From an uncultured Clostridia bacterium (lineage in GTDB: Bacteria; Bacillota; Clostridia; TANB77; CAG-508), in assembly GCA_947584805.1 (NCBI GenBank), contig CANPWU010000005.1:2628-66627 (forward strand): 64,000 bases of DNA, given 5' to 3'. Positions within the stretch are counted from its first letter, which is position 1, and each line of letters begins with the position of its first letter. The notes under the pieces are model-generated. The model worked only from the letters and a program-made list of their open reading frames with translations. It had not been told where the DNA came from and searched no databases. A program made the position numbers and the translations under genes. Positions 31,521 through 42,617 of this stretch are shown in pieces.

Positions 31521-33317
31521 ATGGTACGATATGAAAGTGGCTTAATAGACGAGATTAAAGCAAATGTAAACATAGTAGATATAATTGGTCAATATGTTTC
31601 ACTAAAAAGGCAAGGCAGAAATTATTTTGGATTGTGCCCATTTCATAATGAAAAATCGCCATCTTTTTGTGTGTCTGAAAGTAAGCAGATATTTCATTGC
31701 TTTGGATGTGGAGCCGGGGGAGATGCATTAGGCTTTTTAAAAAGAATAGAAAATATAGAATTTAAAGAGGCAATTGAAATGCTTGCAGACATTGCAAACG
31801 TTACTCTTCCAAAAATTGAAGTAAGTAAAGAAGAACAAAAAAAGATTTTACTTCAAGAAAAAGTATTTGCAGTAAATAATGCAGCAGCTGAATATTTTCA
31901 TAAAAATCTATATGAACCAAATGCAAAACCTGCTCAAGATTACGTAAAGAAAAGACATCTAGATAATGCAACATTAAAAAAGTTTCAGATTGGTTATTCT
32001 GGTAATTTTGATGATTTGTATAAAGAGCTTAAAAGGCAAGGCTTCAATGATGAAGAAATATATGAATCAAAACTAGTATTAGTTTCAAAAAATGGTATGC
32101 CAAATGATGCTTTCAAAAAAAGACTTATGTTTCCAATTAGAGATGTAAAAGACAGAGTAATAGCATTTGGAGGGAGAGCATTAGATGATTCAAAACCAAA
32201 ATACATTAACTCACCAGATACAGTTTGCTATAATAAAGGCAGAAATCTATTTGCATTAAATATAGCAAAAAAAACAAGTAGAGATTATTTTTTAATGTGT
32301 GAAGGCTATATGGATGTAATATCACTTCATCAAAGAGGAATAGATAATGCAGTTGCATCTCTTGGAACAGCACTTACAGAAGCGCAAGGAAGACTTCTTA
32401 AAAGATATAAGTCTAAAATAATAATAGGTTATGATGCAGATAGTGCAGGACAAGGCGCAACAATGAGAGGACTTGAGATTTTGCAAAATCTCGGCTATGA
32501 CATTAGAATTTTGCAAATTGAAGGAGCAAAAGATCCAGACGAATTTGTTGTAAAATATGGAAGCGGAAAGTTTGAAATTTATCTTAAAAATGCAATATCT
32601 TTAGTAGAGTTTAAAGTAAAAAATTTAAAACAAAATTTAGATTTAAATGTAACAAATGATAAAATTAAATTTTTACAAGAAACTTGCAAAATACTTGCTA
32701 AAACAAAATCAAAATTCGAAAAAGAAGTATATATCCAAAAAATTTCTGAAACTTATGGAATATCAAAAGAAGCAATATTTGCAGAATTAAATAAATTAGA
32801 ATATGCAAATTCAAAGGGTGAAAAAATTCTAGATAGACAAGGAACTATTAGAAAAATTAATCCTAAAATTAAAAAAGAGGACACAAGTGCAGGAACATTA
32901 AAAGAAAATTTAATGATACTTTTACTATTAAATGAAGGACAAGAAGTTTATAAAAAAATAAAAGATATTATATCTCCTGAAGATTTTAAAAATGAATTAA
33001 ATAAAAAAATTGTAAAAATTTTGTATGAAGAATTAGAAAAAGGAGATATTAGTAATGTGATAGGATTATTTGAAAAAGACGAAGAACTCTTAAGTCATGT
33101 TACATATATACTATCAAAAGAAACAGATATAAAAGATACTGATAAGGCAATAGATGATTTAGTAAATAGTTTTATTAAAGAAAGACTTCAAGAAGAAAAA
33201 TCAAGCATACTTAAAAAGTTAATTTCAAGTGATATAGATAAAGAAGAAGCAAAGCAGTTGGAAACAAGACTTAAAGAAATAGGTGAATTAAGTAAAAAAT
33301 TAGTTAATATAAAGTAA
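31521..33317 (+). CDS. dnaG: DNA primase
   Basis: Zinc finger [30 protein letters not shown]; [19 protein letters not shown] and GYDADSAGQ. Confidence 0.92.
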   Translation: MVRYESGLIDEIKANVNIVDIIGQYVSLKRQGRNYFGLCPFHNEKSPSFCVSESKQIFHCFGCGAGGDALGFLKRIENIEFKEAIEMLADIANVTLPKIEVSKEEQKKILLQEKVFAVNNAAAEYFHKNLYEPNAKPAQDYVKKRHLDNATLKKFQIGYSGNFDDLYKELKRQGFNDEEIYESKLVLVSKNGMPNDAFKKRLMFPIRDVKDRVIAFGGRALDDSKPKYINSPDTVCYNKGRNLFALNIAKKTSRDYFLMCEGYMDVISLHQRGIDNAVASLGTALTEAQGRLLKRYKSKIIIGYDADSAGQGATMRGLEILQNLGYDIRILQIEGAKDPDEFVVKYGSGKFEIYLKNAISLVEFKVKNLKQNLDLNVTNDKIKFLQETCKILAKTKSKFEKEVYIQKISETYGISKEAIFAELNKLEYANSKGEKILDRQGTIRKINPKIKKEDTSAGTLKENLMILLLLNEGQEVYKKIKDIISPEDFKNELNKKIVKILYEELEKGDISNVIGLFEKDEELLSHVTYILSKETDIKDTDKAIDDLVNSFIKERLQEEKSSILKKLISSDIDKEEAKQLETRLKEIGELSKKLVNIK

Positions 33318-33330
33318 AGGAGGCCTAAAA

Positions 33331-34875
33331 ATGAGCAAAACTCAAAAAGAAATAAAAGATGTAGACAAAAAAGAAGAAAAAAAGAAAAATGAAGCTAAAA
33401 CTACGGCAAAAAAGGCTCCTACTAAAGAAGTTAAGGAAAAAGATATTGAAAAAGAAAAAGCAGAAGTAGAAAGAAAGCCTAAGGCAAAAAAAGAAAAAAC
33501 AGTAGAACAAGACACAGAAAAAGAAACAACAAAATCAAAAGGGGTAAAAGTTAAAATAACAGAAGAATCTAAAGAAAATAATGAAAAAACAGTAAAAGAG
33601 CCAAAACAAAGCAAAAAGAAAAACACAGAAAAAGAAGCTAAAACAGCTGAAATAGAAAAGAAAGAAAAAGCAAAAAAAGATAAAAAAGAAGAGAAAGCCG
33701 TAGTAGAAAATAATTCTAAAAATGAAGCTGAAAAAACAGAGTCTTCAGCTGAAAATGCACAATCTTCAGAAGAAAGTGATGCAGAAGAAATTAATTCAGA
33801 GAAAGATAAAGTAGATAAAATATTATCTAAGGCAAAAGAAAAAGGCAGTATGACTTATGGAGAACTTGCATCAGAATTAGAAGATGTAAATCCAGAAGAT
33901 ATGGATAAGGTTTTTGATGCTTTTGAAGAAATAGGAGTAGATTTATTAAATGACGATTTTGAAGATGTTGAACCAAATATTGATGAATTAGAAAGCATTG
34001 AAGAAATTGACATTAGTGATTCTGCAATGACTGAATTTGACGGCATGAATATTGATGATCCAGTTAGAATGTATTTAAGAGAAATAGGAAAAATACCGCT
34101 TCTTACATATGACGAAGAACTAGAACTTGCTCAAAAGATAATCAATGGAGATGAAGAAGCAAAGCAGAAATTAGCTGAATCTAACCTTAGATTAGTTGTA
34201 AGTATTGCTAAAAAATATTTAGGTAGAGGAATGTTATTCCTAGACCTAATTCAAGAAGGAAATATGGGACTAATCAAAGCAGTAGAAAAATTTGACTATG
34301 AAAAAGGTTATAAATTTAGTACTTATGCTACATGGTGGATAAGACAAGCTATAACAAGAGCAATCGCAGATCAAGCAAGAACAATAAGAATACCAGTACA
34401 CATGGTAGAAACAATAAATAAATTAATACGTACATCTAGACATTTACTTCAAAGACTTGGACGTGAGCCAACTCCAGAAGAATTATCAGAAGAGCTAGAA
34501 ATGCCTATAGAAAGAGTTATGGAAATACAAAAAATTGCGCAAGATCCAGTATCACTCGAAACACCAATAGGAGAAGAAGATGATAGCCACCTAGGAGATT
34601 TCATACCAGATGATGATTCACCAGCTCCTCAAGATTCAGCTGCATATACTTTGCTTAAAGAACAATTAGAAGAAGTTATGAGTACTTTAACACCAAGGGA
34701 AGCAAAGGTTTTGAAACTTAGATTTGGACTAGAGGATGGAAAAGCAAGAACACTTGAAGAAGTAGGCAGAGTTTTTGAAGTTACAAGGGAAAGAATTAGA
34801 CAAATTGAAGCGAAAGCTTTAAGAAAATTAAGACACCCAAGTCGTTCTAAAAAACTTAGAGACTATATGAATTAA
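33331..34875 (+). CDS. rpoD: Primary sigma factor SigA/RpoD with a long K/E-rich N-terminal extension
   Basis: Region 2 [54 protein letters not shown]; region 4 [30 protein letters not shown]. Confidence 0.92.
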   Translation: MSKTQKEIKDVDKKEEKKKNEAKTTAKKAPTKEVKEKDIEKEKAEVERKPKAKKEKTVEQDTEKETTKSKGVKVKITEESKENNEKTVKEPKQSKKKNTEKEAKTAEIEKKEKAKKDKKEEKAVVENNSKNEAEKTESSAENAQSSEESDAEEINSEKDKVDKILSKAKEKGSMTYGELASELEDVNPEDMDKVFDAFEEIGVDLLNDDFEDVEPNIDELESIEEIDISDSAMTEFDGMNIDDPVRMYLREIGKIPLLTYDEELELAQKIINGDEEAKQKLAESNLRLVVSIAKKYLGRGMLFLDLIQEGNMGLIKAVEKFDYEKGYKFSTYATWWIRQAITRAIADQARTIRIPVHMVETINKLIRTSRHLLQRLGREPTPEELSEELEMPIERVMEIQKIAQDPVSLETPIGEEDDSHLGDFIPDDDSPAPQDSAAYTLLKEQLEEVMSTLTPREAKVLKLRFGLEDGKARTLEEVGRVFEVTRERIRQIEAKALRKLRHPSRSKKLRDYMN

Positions 34876-34898
34876 AACTTAGAAAGGATTGATAACAT

Positions 34899-35213
34899 AT
34901 GGTTAAAGAAAAAGAAAGTAAGAATAAAGTAAGTCTTCTTGGATTTGACCCAGTAGAAACACCAGAAGAGGTGATTAATACAGATACAAATACTGATAGA
35001 AAAGAGGCATTTAGAGAGGCATATAAAAAAGTTATGAAGATAATACCTGAGTACTTCTTAACGCAAAGAAAAAAGAGAAAAGGAACGGGTGCGTCTGGCG
35101 GATTTGCACAAAATATAGTTATCACTCCTGAAAACGTAAAAGTAGAAACTACAGAAGTTCAAAAGGTGGAAGAACAAAAAGAGACAGAAAGAGAAGATAG
35201 AGAAAGAGAATAA
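34899..35213 (+). CDS. Hypothetical protein (104 aa, charged)
   Basis: ORF directly downstream of rpoD, followed by hairpin ttggtag...ctaccaa. No family recognised. Confidence 0.45.
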   Translation: MVKEKESKNKVSLLGFDPVETPEEVINTDTNTDRKEAFREAYKKVMKIIPEYFLTQRKKRKGTGASGGFAQNIVITPENVKVETTEVQKVEEQKETEREDRERE

Positions 35214-35361
35214 ATAATAGTCTTTTATAAAAGAATATTATAATTAAAAGTTGGTAGTAAATTGCTACCAATTTTTTATATTATTCATAAACGTTTACTT
35301 AAAACTTAAATATAGATTAATATTTACGATATAGGAAATACTACAGCATAGAGGTTGTAGT

Positions 35362-35577
35362 ATGAGGGAAGACGAAATACTTAATTTGTGGAAAAGTGGA
35401 ATTGATAAAAATAAATTAGCAGAAATATATGAAAGAAGATATAATCAGCAAATTAAGTTAATAAGAAGCTCTGTGAGGCATAGACATGATGGTAATTTTA
35501 TTACAAATTATCAAGCCTTGTTTTATATTGAAAGAGTTATATATAAATATATAAAAACACCACCCACAAAACAGTAA
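35362..35577 (+). CDS. Hypothetical small protein (71 aa)
   Basis: agagg RBS. ORF ends in the hairpin ccacccaca...tgtgggtgg, shared with the convergent ORF. Confidence 0.4.
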   Translation: MREDEILNLWKSGIDKNKLAEIYERRYNQQIKLIRSSVRHRHDGNFITNYQALFYIERVIYKYIKTPPTKQ

Positions 35578-35607
35578 GTATTGTGGGTGGTGAGGAGTCC
35601 AGAATTG

Positions 35608-35952
35608 TTAAGCCGGGATATTGGTAAGGGCTTCAAACAAAACCTCAGGAGTAATCCCGCCACCGTTGTAGTAGACCTTTTCATATGCCCTAATGAGCAT
35701 TCTCGGGTCAATCTCAAAGCTGTCGTTCAACTTATCCTCAGGGTCGATTGCATGAGCAAGATCCGCGGCGCCGATTATGGCGCTTGCAGAACTCAGAAAG
35801 GCGTAGACAGGAATGGTCGTTGTCCTGTACTGCATTGTCTCCACGATGTCTTTTGCCTTCTCGTACTGCTCGGCAGGAATTCTGGTTTTTTGGAAGCTGT
35901 CGCGCTCAAAGTTATACACGAAAGCCCCAATTGTTTTTTCGGTGTTTTCCAT
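35608..35952 (-). CDS. Hypothetical protein (114 aa) in a markedly G+C-rich patch
   Basis: aaggagag RBS before ATG 35952. Codon usage (GCC, GGC, CGC, CTG) is unlike its neighbours. The three overlapping plus-strand track ORFs look like shadows. Confidence 0.55.
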   Translation of the reverse strand: MENTEKTIGAFVYNFERDSFQKTRIPAEQYEKAKDIVETMQYRTTTIPVYAFLSSASAIIGAADLAHAIDPEDKLNDSFEIDPRMLIRAYEKVYYNGGGITPEVLFEALTNIPA

Positions 35953-36075
35953 AGATGTCTCTCCTTTTAATAAAATAAAGGGTTTTGCTATATTTATATT
36001 ATATCACATCCTAAAAATTATGTCAATTTTACTGTTATTTAGTAACAAAATTTTACAGAAATTTTAAAAAATTCA

Positions 36076-36104
36076 TTGACAAATTACGTTCAAGCGTTTA
36101 TAAT
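36076..36104 (+). promoter_or_regulatory. Consensus sigma-A promoter driving the tRNA
   Basis: TTGACA, 17-nt spacer, TATAAT, ending 17 nt before the tRNA 5' end. Confidence 0.65.
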
Positions 36105-36121
36105 AGAAAAGTAATGTATAT

Positions 36122-36198
36122 GGCGAAGTAGCTCAGTTGGCTAGAGCATGCGGTTCATACCCGCAGTGTCGTGGGTTCGATTCCCTCCTTCGCTACCA
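36122..36198 (+). tRNA. tRNA with CAU anticodon (elongator Met, or Ile2 if lysidinylated), CCA encoded
   Basis: Hand-folded cloverleaf: acceptor GGCGAAG/CTTCGCT (G1-U72), D arm GCTC/GAGC, anticodon stem TGCGG/CCGCA with 7-nt loop TTCATAC, T arm with TTCGATT loop. Not initiator-like (no three G-C pairs closing the anticodon stem). Confidence 0.85.
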
Positions 36199-36319
36199 TT
36201 TTTTTACTATTTTATGACCATTTGTAAAAACTTAATGTTTGTTGAAATTAGCTTATACCAACACTTTACAATTTTACACAATTTTACGACAATTTAAAAA
36301 AATTTATCTATTGCATGCA

Positions 36320-36439
36320 TTATTGCATGCTTTTTTTCATATAGTCATCATACTTGTAATTCTCTTCTTTATTAAATTTATCGAATACACTAGTATATGT
36401 ATTTAATTTAGTTTCTATGTTTTCATGACCAAGATTTCT
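36320..36439 (-). pseudogene. C-terminal remnant of a tyrosine recombinase/integrase
   Basis: Reads RNLGHENIETKLNTYTSVFDKFNKEE...*, matching the LGHxxxxxTxxxY catalytic-Tyr box of phage integrases. In-frame stop immediately upstream, so only 39 codons remain. Adjacent to the tRNA. Confidence 0.6.
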
Positions 36440-36513
36440 TTATTTGACATATTGCTATAATATATGTTATATTGGATATACCTTTCTCAAGGTAGAAAGG
36501 AGGGTTGCTTTTC

Positions 36514-36582
36514 ATGAAGGAACTATTAAAAGTGTTAAAGCTTTATTTGATTTACTTAATTGTAAAACACTTAGGTGAGTAG
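36514..36582 (+). CDS. Candidate 22-aa hydrophobic peptide (type I toxin-like or leader)
   Basis: Putative promoter TTGACA-17-TTATAT (36444-36472), RBS aaaggaggg, MKELLKVLKLYLIYLIVKHLGE*, then terminator 36591-36631 (aaaagactaggta / tacctagtctttt). Confidence 0.35.
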   Translation: MKELLKVLKLYLIYLIVKHLGE

Positions 36583-36846
36583 CACAAAGGAAAAGACTAG
36601 GTATGCTTTTGCTAGGCTACCTAGTCTTTTTACGCCTTTTCATTTCGGAACTATTATCGACGTCTTGATGTTATTATAACATCTTTTTTATTATATGTCA
36701 AATTTTATTTTTTAATTCCCCCATTCACTAACATTTACTTTTAAATTTAAGGTTTTTAAAAAATCATAAAAAAATCATTGAACAGTTTTTAAAAATGTGA
36801 TATATTTAAGGAGGAAAATTTATAAAAAAGAAAAGAGTGATCGTAT

Positions 36847-38383
36847 ATGGCAAGACGTGCTACTAGATATGAAGATGGAGCAAAGTTAAATGTTAAGAAA
36901 GTGATTGCAGTAATTCTGATAATTTTATTTATCATAGTACTCATTTTTGGAATTAAAGCTCTTTTAACAAATAATTCTAAAAGCTTAACAGGAAAGCTAG
37001 AAAACGTCTATTATTATACCATATATGATAATGGAAAATGGGGAGTAATTAATTCATATGGAGAAAATGTAATAGATCCAACCTATGATGAAATGATAGT
37101 AATACCAGACAATACAAAAGATATATTCATTTGTACATATGATGTTAATTATTCAAATGGAGATTATAAAACAAAAGTAATAAATAAAAAAGGAAAAGAA
37201 ATAATTAAAGACTATGACAAAGTTGAAGCTATTGTAAATTATGATAAAAATGAAAAAATATCATATGAAAAATCAGCTTTTATCGTTCAAAAAAATGGAA
37301 AATATGGTTTAGTAAATTATTCAGGAAAAGAATTACTTGCACCAACTTATGATAGTATAAAGGCTCTTTATGGAGTAGAAAATAGTTTAGTTATAGAAAA
37401 AGATGGAAAGTTTGGAATTTGTTCTTCAGAAGGAACAATAGTCATAGAGCCAAAATATATAATGATAGAGAAAATAGGCGATGATTACAAAAATGGTTAT
37501 ATTGTTGTAAATGAAGAAAATAAGTGTGGAATTATAGGATTTGATAAAGAAGTAATTTTAGACAATAAATACGAAGAAATAAAAGATGTATGTGGAGAAA
37601 ACATATATGCAGTTAAAGAAAATGATGGATTTACTCTTATAAATAAATCAGGTGAAAAAGTTATTGATAATCAATTTGAAGATATAATATCAATAAATAA
37701 AGACTTGGTAGTTGCTGTAAAGGACGGAAAATGCGGAGTAGTTGATATTTCTTCAGGTGAAACAAAAATAGATTTTAAATATGATGGATTAACATATACG
37801 AATGGAAGTCATTTTATAGCAAGACAAGATGAGGACTATGGGGTAGTTGCATTAGACGGGACAGAAACTTTACCAATTGATAGTATAAATATGACATATG
37901 TAAGCCAAGGAGATTTTATAATTGCAGATTATACAGAAAATGGAAGTTTAATTTCTAAAGTATATGATTCAAACTATAATGAAAAATTAAAAGGAGTAGT
38001 TTCAGAAATAAATTCTACAAAAGGATATATTAGAATATATCAAAATGATGAATACAAATATTATAACTTCAAGTTTGAAGAAAAAGAAGCATCTCGGATT
38101 ACTTACATCAAATAAATTATTCGTAAGCAAAAATAATGGTAAATATGGATTTGTTGATAAAGATGGAAATGTAGTAGTTGATTACATATATGATGATGCA
38201 ACAGAACAAAATACATCTGGTTATGCAGCTGTTAAAAAAGATGGATTATGGGGAGCAATTAACTTAAATGGAGATGTAGTAGTTGAACCAACATATAATT
38301 TAGATGACAATGAAAAAATCGATTTTATAGGTAAATGGCATATATGTGAGGACACAAATGCAAATTACTATTTAGACGAATGA
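36847..38383 (+). CDS. Membrane-anchored WG-repeat (KWG) protein; +1 shift at CGG 38095-38097
   Basis: N-terminal TM segment, then many repeats of the GKWGVIN/GKYGLVN/GKFGI type. Junction EKEAS-G-LLTSNKLFVSKNNGKYGFVDKDGNVVVD continues the repeat pattern. Confidence 0.78.
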
Positions 38384-38410
38384 TAAGCCTTTAAGCAAGG
38401 GGGAAAAACT

Positions 38411-39640
38411 ATGGAACTAAAGATGAAATATCACTATAGCTATTTTATATATCCTTATGTTATTAAAGAAAAAAATTATAGCAAATATATTCAAAGACTG
38501 TTAAAAAATAGTAAATATACTCCTAAATTTTTCGCAAGAGAAAGAGAACTAAGTATATATAATTATTTCCTTCCAAATGTTAGGGAATATATGTTTAAAA
38601 CTTTTGAATTCGCAAATAAGACTAGAGAAATTCGTGATAACTTAGATAATAAACTTAGAGAAAATATATTTAAATCATCTCCTTGCACAATGTTTGAATA
38701 TAACTTAGGAATTGATGCACAAGCTAAAACAGATGAGGAAGGTGGGATATTCTTCAAAATACAAAAAATTGAAGTAATATGTTTTGAAACTGGAATATGT
38801 TTTTTAGTTATAAAAACTAATATTGAAGACACAGACAAATTTTCAGATCTTTTAAATTTTAATCTTAAATTTAGAGATATAAATTCAAATGTAATAGGAG
38901 AATATAACAATATAAAAATACAAACTAGTACTTTTGGAGATATAAAAAAACTTTCTGAAATCATAAGTGAAATTACAGGAAGTCAAAGAGACTCGGAAAA
39001 GCTAGATATAGATATTAATAGATTTTTAACATATTCTTATGTTTGTTTAGACCAAGAGTATTGGAATAATAAAAACGATTTTAATGAAATAGAAAAAGAA
39101 TTTTTTAAATTTGCAAATGTTCTAAACAGCGAATTCAATTCAAGCTTTGATAATGATAGGTTAAAAGTTATTAATCTTGGAGATTATATAAAATTAGGAA
39201 TAAGTAATTCAGGAGTAGACCTTCTAACTTCTAGCATAAATACAGTAAATTATACAAATTTGCCTTTTGAATTTGAAAATGAATACTTTTATACATACAT
39301 ATTTACTTTATATCAAAAGTTTTATTTTGCAAAAATATTAAATAGTTTCAAAAATGCAAAAACGCAAATGAAGGCAAAGAAAGAATTTGTTAAATTTACA
39401 AATGAAATTTGGGTTCATGAACTTACCAATAACGATAATGGAATTCTTATATATGAAGGGGCAAAAGAGGTACTTAATTTAGAAAATCTATATAAGAAAA
39501 CAAAAGAACAATATGATGTAACATTTAAAAACTTGAAAATGAGAAATAGTGATGTATTAAATAGAATAGTACTTATTTTGCTTGCTGCTTCAATTGTTAC
39601 AAATATTGTTAATTTTATTAATCTATATAATTTGGGGTAA
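38411..39640 (+). CDS. Hypothetical protein with C-terminal TM anchor (409 aa)
   Basis: Long ORF with gggggaaaa RBS and C-terminal hydrophobic VLILLAASIVTNIVNFI. No family recognised. Confidence 0.55.
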   Translation: MELKMKYHYSYFIYPYVIKEKNYSKYIQRLLKNSKYTPKFFARERELSIYNYFLPNVREYMFKTFEFANKTREIRDNLDNKLRENIFKSSPCTMFEYNLGIDAQAKTDEEGGIFFKIQKIEVICFETGICFLVIKTNIEDTDKFSDLLNFNLKFRDINSNVIGEYNNIKIQTSTFGDIKKLSEIISEITGSQRDSEKLDIDINRFLTYSYVCLDQEYWNNKNDFNEIEKEFFKFANVLNSEFNSSFDNDRLKVINLGDYIKLGISNSGVDLLTSSINTVNYTNLPFEFENEYFYTYIFTLYQKFYFAKILNSFKNAKTQMKAKKEFVKFTNEIWVHELTNNDNGILIYEGAKEVLNLENLYKKTKEQYDVTFKNLKMRNSDVLNRIVLILLAASIVTNIVNFINLYNLG

Positions 39641-39681
39641 AGTTCAAACTTAGATGCGTATTTGAAAGGAAGATTAAGAAA

Positions 39682-40068
39682 GTGAATGTAACATGTGGTA
39701 CAGACATAATAGAAATAGAGAGAATTAAAGAGCTAATCGAAAATGAAAAAGAAAAAGCAATAGAAAGAATATATACTGAAAAAGAAGTAGAATATTGTGA
39801 AAGCAAAAATAATGTAAAATATCAACATTATGCTGCAAGATTTGCAGCAAAAGAGGCAATATTTAAAGCAATTTCTAATAAATTAAGTGATAAATTTGAA
39901 ATATCTTGGAGAGATGTAGAGATATTAAATGATAAAAATGGAAGACCAGAAGTCAAATTTATTGGAAATAGGCCTAATAATATGGAAGGAATAGAAATAA
40001 GTTTGTCGCACTGCAAAATTTATGCAGTTGCGACTGTTATTGCTACTTGGAAGGATGAATTAAAATAA
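39682..40068 (+). CDS. acpS: Holo-[acyl-carrier-protein] synthase
   Basis: GTG start; CGTDIIEIERI and FAAKEAIFKA motifs. Confidence 0.85.
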   Translation: MNVTCGTDIIEIERIKELIENEKEKAIERIYTEKEVEYCESKNNVKYQHYAARFAAKEAIFKAISNKLSDKFEISWRDVEILNDKNGRPEVKFIGNRPNNMEGIEISLSHCKIYAVATVIATWKDELK

Positions 40069-40845
40069 TGGAATTATTTGATACGCATTGTCACTATAAT
40101 GATGAAAAATTTGATGAAGATAGAGAAGAAATAATAAAGCTTATTTATGAAGCGGGAATTACAAAAGCAGTTGTAGTTGGAGATAATATAGAAAATTCAA
40201 AAAAAGCTGTGGAACTTGCAAAGACACATAACTTTTTGTATTCAGCAGTTCGGAATACATCCAAGTGAAATTGATGAAAGTAAAGAAAAGATAGATGAAC
40301 AAGTTGATGAAATTAGAGATTTAGCAAAAAACAAAAAAGTTGTTGCAATAGGAGAAATAGGACTTGACTATCATTGGGAAACAGATAAAAAAGAATTGCA
40401 AAGATATGCCTTTTTAGAACAAATAAAATTAGCAAATGAATTTGATTTGCCAATTGCAATTCATTCAAGAGATGCAATTATGGATACAATTGATATATTA
40501 AAAAATGAAGTAAAACCAACTAAAAAAGGTATTTTACATTGTTGTCAGCTAAATAAGGATTTAGTAAAAACAGGACTAGAGGAAGGATTTTTTATATCAT
40601 TTGCAGGCGCAATAACCTTTAAAAATTGCAAAAATGCAGATGAAATAATTTCTATGGTACCAGATGATAGAATACTTATAGAAACAGATTCACCATACCT
40701 TAGTCCAGAACCAAATAGGGGAAAAAGAAACGACTCAAGAAACGTAAAGTATATTGCAGAAAAAATTGCAAATGTAAAAGGCAAAGGGCTTGAAGAAATT
40801 GCAAAAATAACTTACGAAAATGCAAGAAAAATTTATAATATATAA
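40068..40845 (+). CDS. tatD: TatD-family metal-dependent DNase/hydrolase; +1 shift at CGG 40251-40253
   Basis: MELFDTHCH metal motif. Junction YSAV-G-IHPSEIDE; then AIGEIGLDYHW, IHSRDA, ETDSPYL. Confidence 0.88.
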
Positions 40846-40927
40846 TGATAAAAAAAGAGAGAAGATAACAAAATAATTTAATTATTACCTGTAAATTACT
40901 TTGCTATCTTCTCTCTTTTTAAATTTT

Positions 40928-41830
40928 TTATTTTAAATTCCTTAAAGCATTTACTCTTTCATCTAGACTTGGGTGTGTAGACCAAATGCTAGATTTTTGA
41001 ATTTTTTTATCTCTAAATGGAGATGCTATATACATGTGCGCTGTAGACTTATTAGCAGTTTTAAGCTCATTAGGGTCTCCTGAAATTTTTTCTAAAGCAG
41101 AAATTAATCCATCAGGATTACGAGTATATTTTGCAGAAGTTGCATCTGCTAAAAACTCCCTACGTCTTGAAACAGCAAGTTGCATAAGTTTTCCAAATAT
41201 TGGAGCAAGAATCAAAAAGATAAGCCCAATTAGCATAAATATTGCATTTCCATTATTATCGTTATCTCTAGATCTACCTCTACTAGAGTACATAAAGGTT
41301 CTAGTGAACATATCAGATAACATTACAACAAACCCTACCATTACAGAAACTACGGCAGAAAGTCTTATATCATAATTTGCAATATGGGCAAGTTCATGCC
41401 CAATAACTCCCTCTAATTCATAATAATCTAATTTTTCTAGAAGACCAGTAGTTACACATATAACAGAATGTTCTGGGTCACGACCTGTTGCAAAAGCATT
41501 TGGTTGATTATCTTCTACAATATATAACTTTGGTGTAACTGAAAGCCCAGCACTTACAACAAGCGCATCTAGGATATTTACTAATTTTTGATTTTCTTCA
41601 TGCGTTGCAGGTCTTGCTCTAGACATAGATAAAACAATTTTATCACTATTATAGTATGAAGTAAAAGAAGCAATACATGAAAAAATAAGAGCAATTACAA
41701 TCGACATGATACCTAAATCAAAAGCCATGCATATATAATAAATTATTAGAGTTATTATGAGTGTAAAAGCAAATATTATAAAGCCTGACTTAATTTTATT
41801 AGAACGAATATCTTCATACATAGATATCAA
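40928..41830 (-). CDS. htpX: Zinc metalloprotease HtpX (M48)
   Basis: HELAHIANYD (HExxH), four TM segments, C-terminal STHPSLDERV. Confidence 0.88.
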   Translation of the reverse strand: MISMYEDIRSNKIKSGFIIFAFTLIITLIIYYICMAFDLGIMSIVIALIFSCIASFTSYYNSDKIVLSMSRARPATHEENQKLVNILDALVVSAGLSVTPKLYIVEDNQPNAFATGRDPEHSVICVTTGLLEKLDYYELEGVIGHELAHIANYDIRLSAVVSVMVGFVVMLSDMFTRTFMYSSRGRSRDNDNNGNAIFMLIGLIFLILAPIFGKLMQLAVSRRREFLADATSAKYTRNPDGLISALEKISGDPNELKTANKSTAHMYIASPFRDKKIQKSSIWSTHPSLDERVNALRNLK

Positions 41831-42385
41831 CTACTTTCCAAAATCTACTTTTACATTTTTTCTTGCTTCATTGTCTTCTACAACATATAAAGTTTGAGGT
41901 TTAAAACCGAATATATTTCCAATAATATTTGTAGGGAATGCCATAAGTGCAGTATTATACATTGTAACACTATCATTGTAAAATTGTCTTGAATAAGATA
42001 TTTTATTTTCTGTGTTTCTAAGTTCTTCTTGTAATTGAGTAAATTGCTCACTTGCCTTTAAATCTGGATAATTTTCAGAAACAGCCATAATTGTTTTTAA
42101 AGCTCCAGAAAGTTCATTATCTAGTTCAATTTTTTCCCCATTTGTTTTTGCCCCTGCCCAAGCAGTTCTTAACTCAGTAACTTTTGTAAGAACATCTTCT
42201 TCATATTGCATATAACCTTTAACTGTATTTATTAAATTTGGGATTAAATCAAATCTTCTCTGTAATTGAACATCAATTTGGCTCCAAGAATTTTCTGCTT
42301 TTAATTTTTTTCTAACTAAGCTGTTATATGCCGCAATTATCCAAAGAATAATTAATACAACTATTACTAAAATTGCAATCCACAT
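41831..42385 (-). CDS. lemA: LemA family protein
   Basis: N-terminal TM segment plus YNSLVRKKLKAENSWSQIDVQLQRRFDLIPNL. Abuts htpX. Confidence 0.85.
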   Translation of the reverse strand: MWIAILVIVVLIILWIIAAYNSLVRKKLKAENSWSQIDVQLQRRFDLIPNLINTVKGYMQYEEDVLTKVTELRTAWAGAKTNGEKIELDNELSGALKTIMAVSENYPDLKASEQFTQLQEELRNTENKISYSRQFYNDSVTMYNTALMAFPTNIIGNIFGFKPQTLYVVEDNEARKNVKVDFGK

Positions 42386-42617
42386 AAATTTTTCCTCCTT
42401 AATATACTATATAATATTATATATATATGATATCACTAAATATGAAAATTTACAACATATATTTAGATAAAAAAATTTTCCAATAAATGGTTTAATTTAT
42501 CGCATAAAAAAATAATAAAATAAAATATTTAAAAATTATATAATATATAGTATAATATTTATCGAGAAAAATATAATTATATTTTCTTTTAAAACCTAAA
42601 TAAAAAGGATGAAAATT

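Noticed and set aside
35581-36067. Plus-strand ORFs 35581-35970, 35748-35954 and 35813-36067
   Set aside because: They overlap the G+C-rich minus-strand ORF 35608-35952, which has a proper RBS and a more protein-like sequence. Open frames on the opposite strand are expected in G+C-rich DNA.
36122-36198. The tRNA as the agent of the CGG decoding (an expanded anticodon loop)
   Set aside because: The anticodon loop is a normal 7 nt (TTCATAC) with anticodon CAU. Nothing in this window looks like a quadruplet-reading tRNA or a tRNA-Arg(CCG), so the question needs the whole genome.
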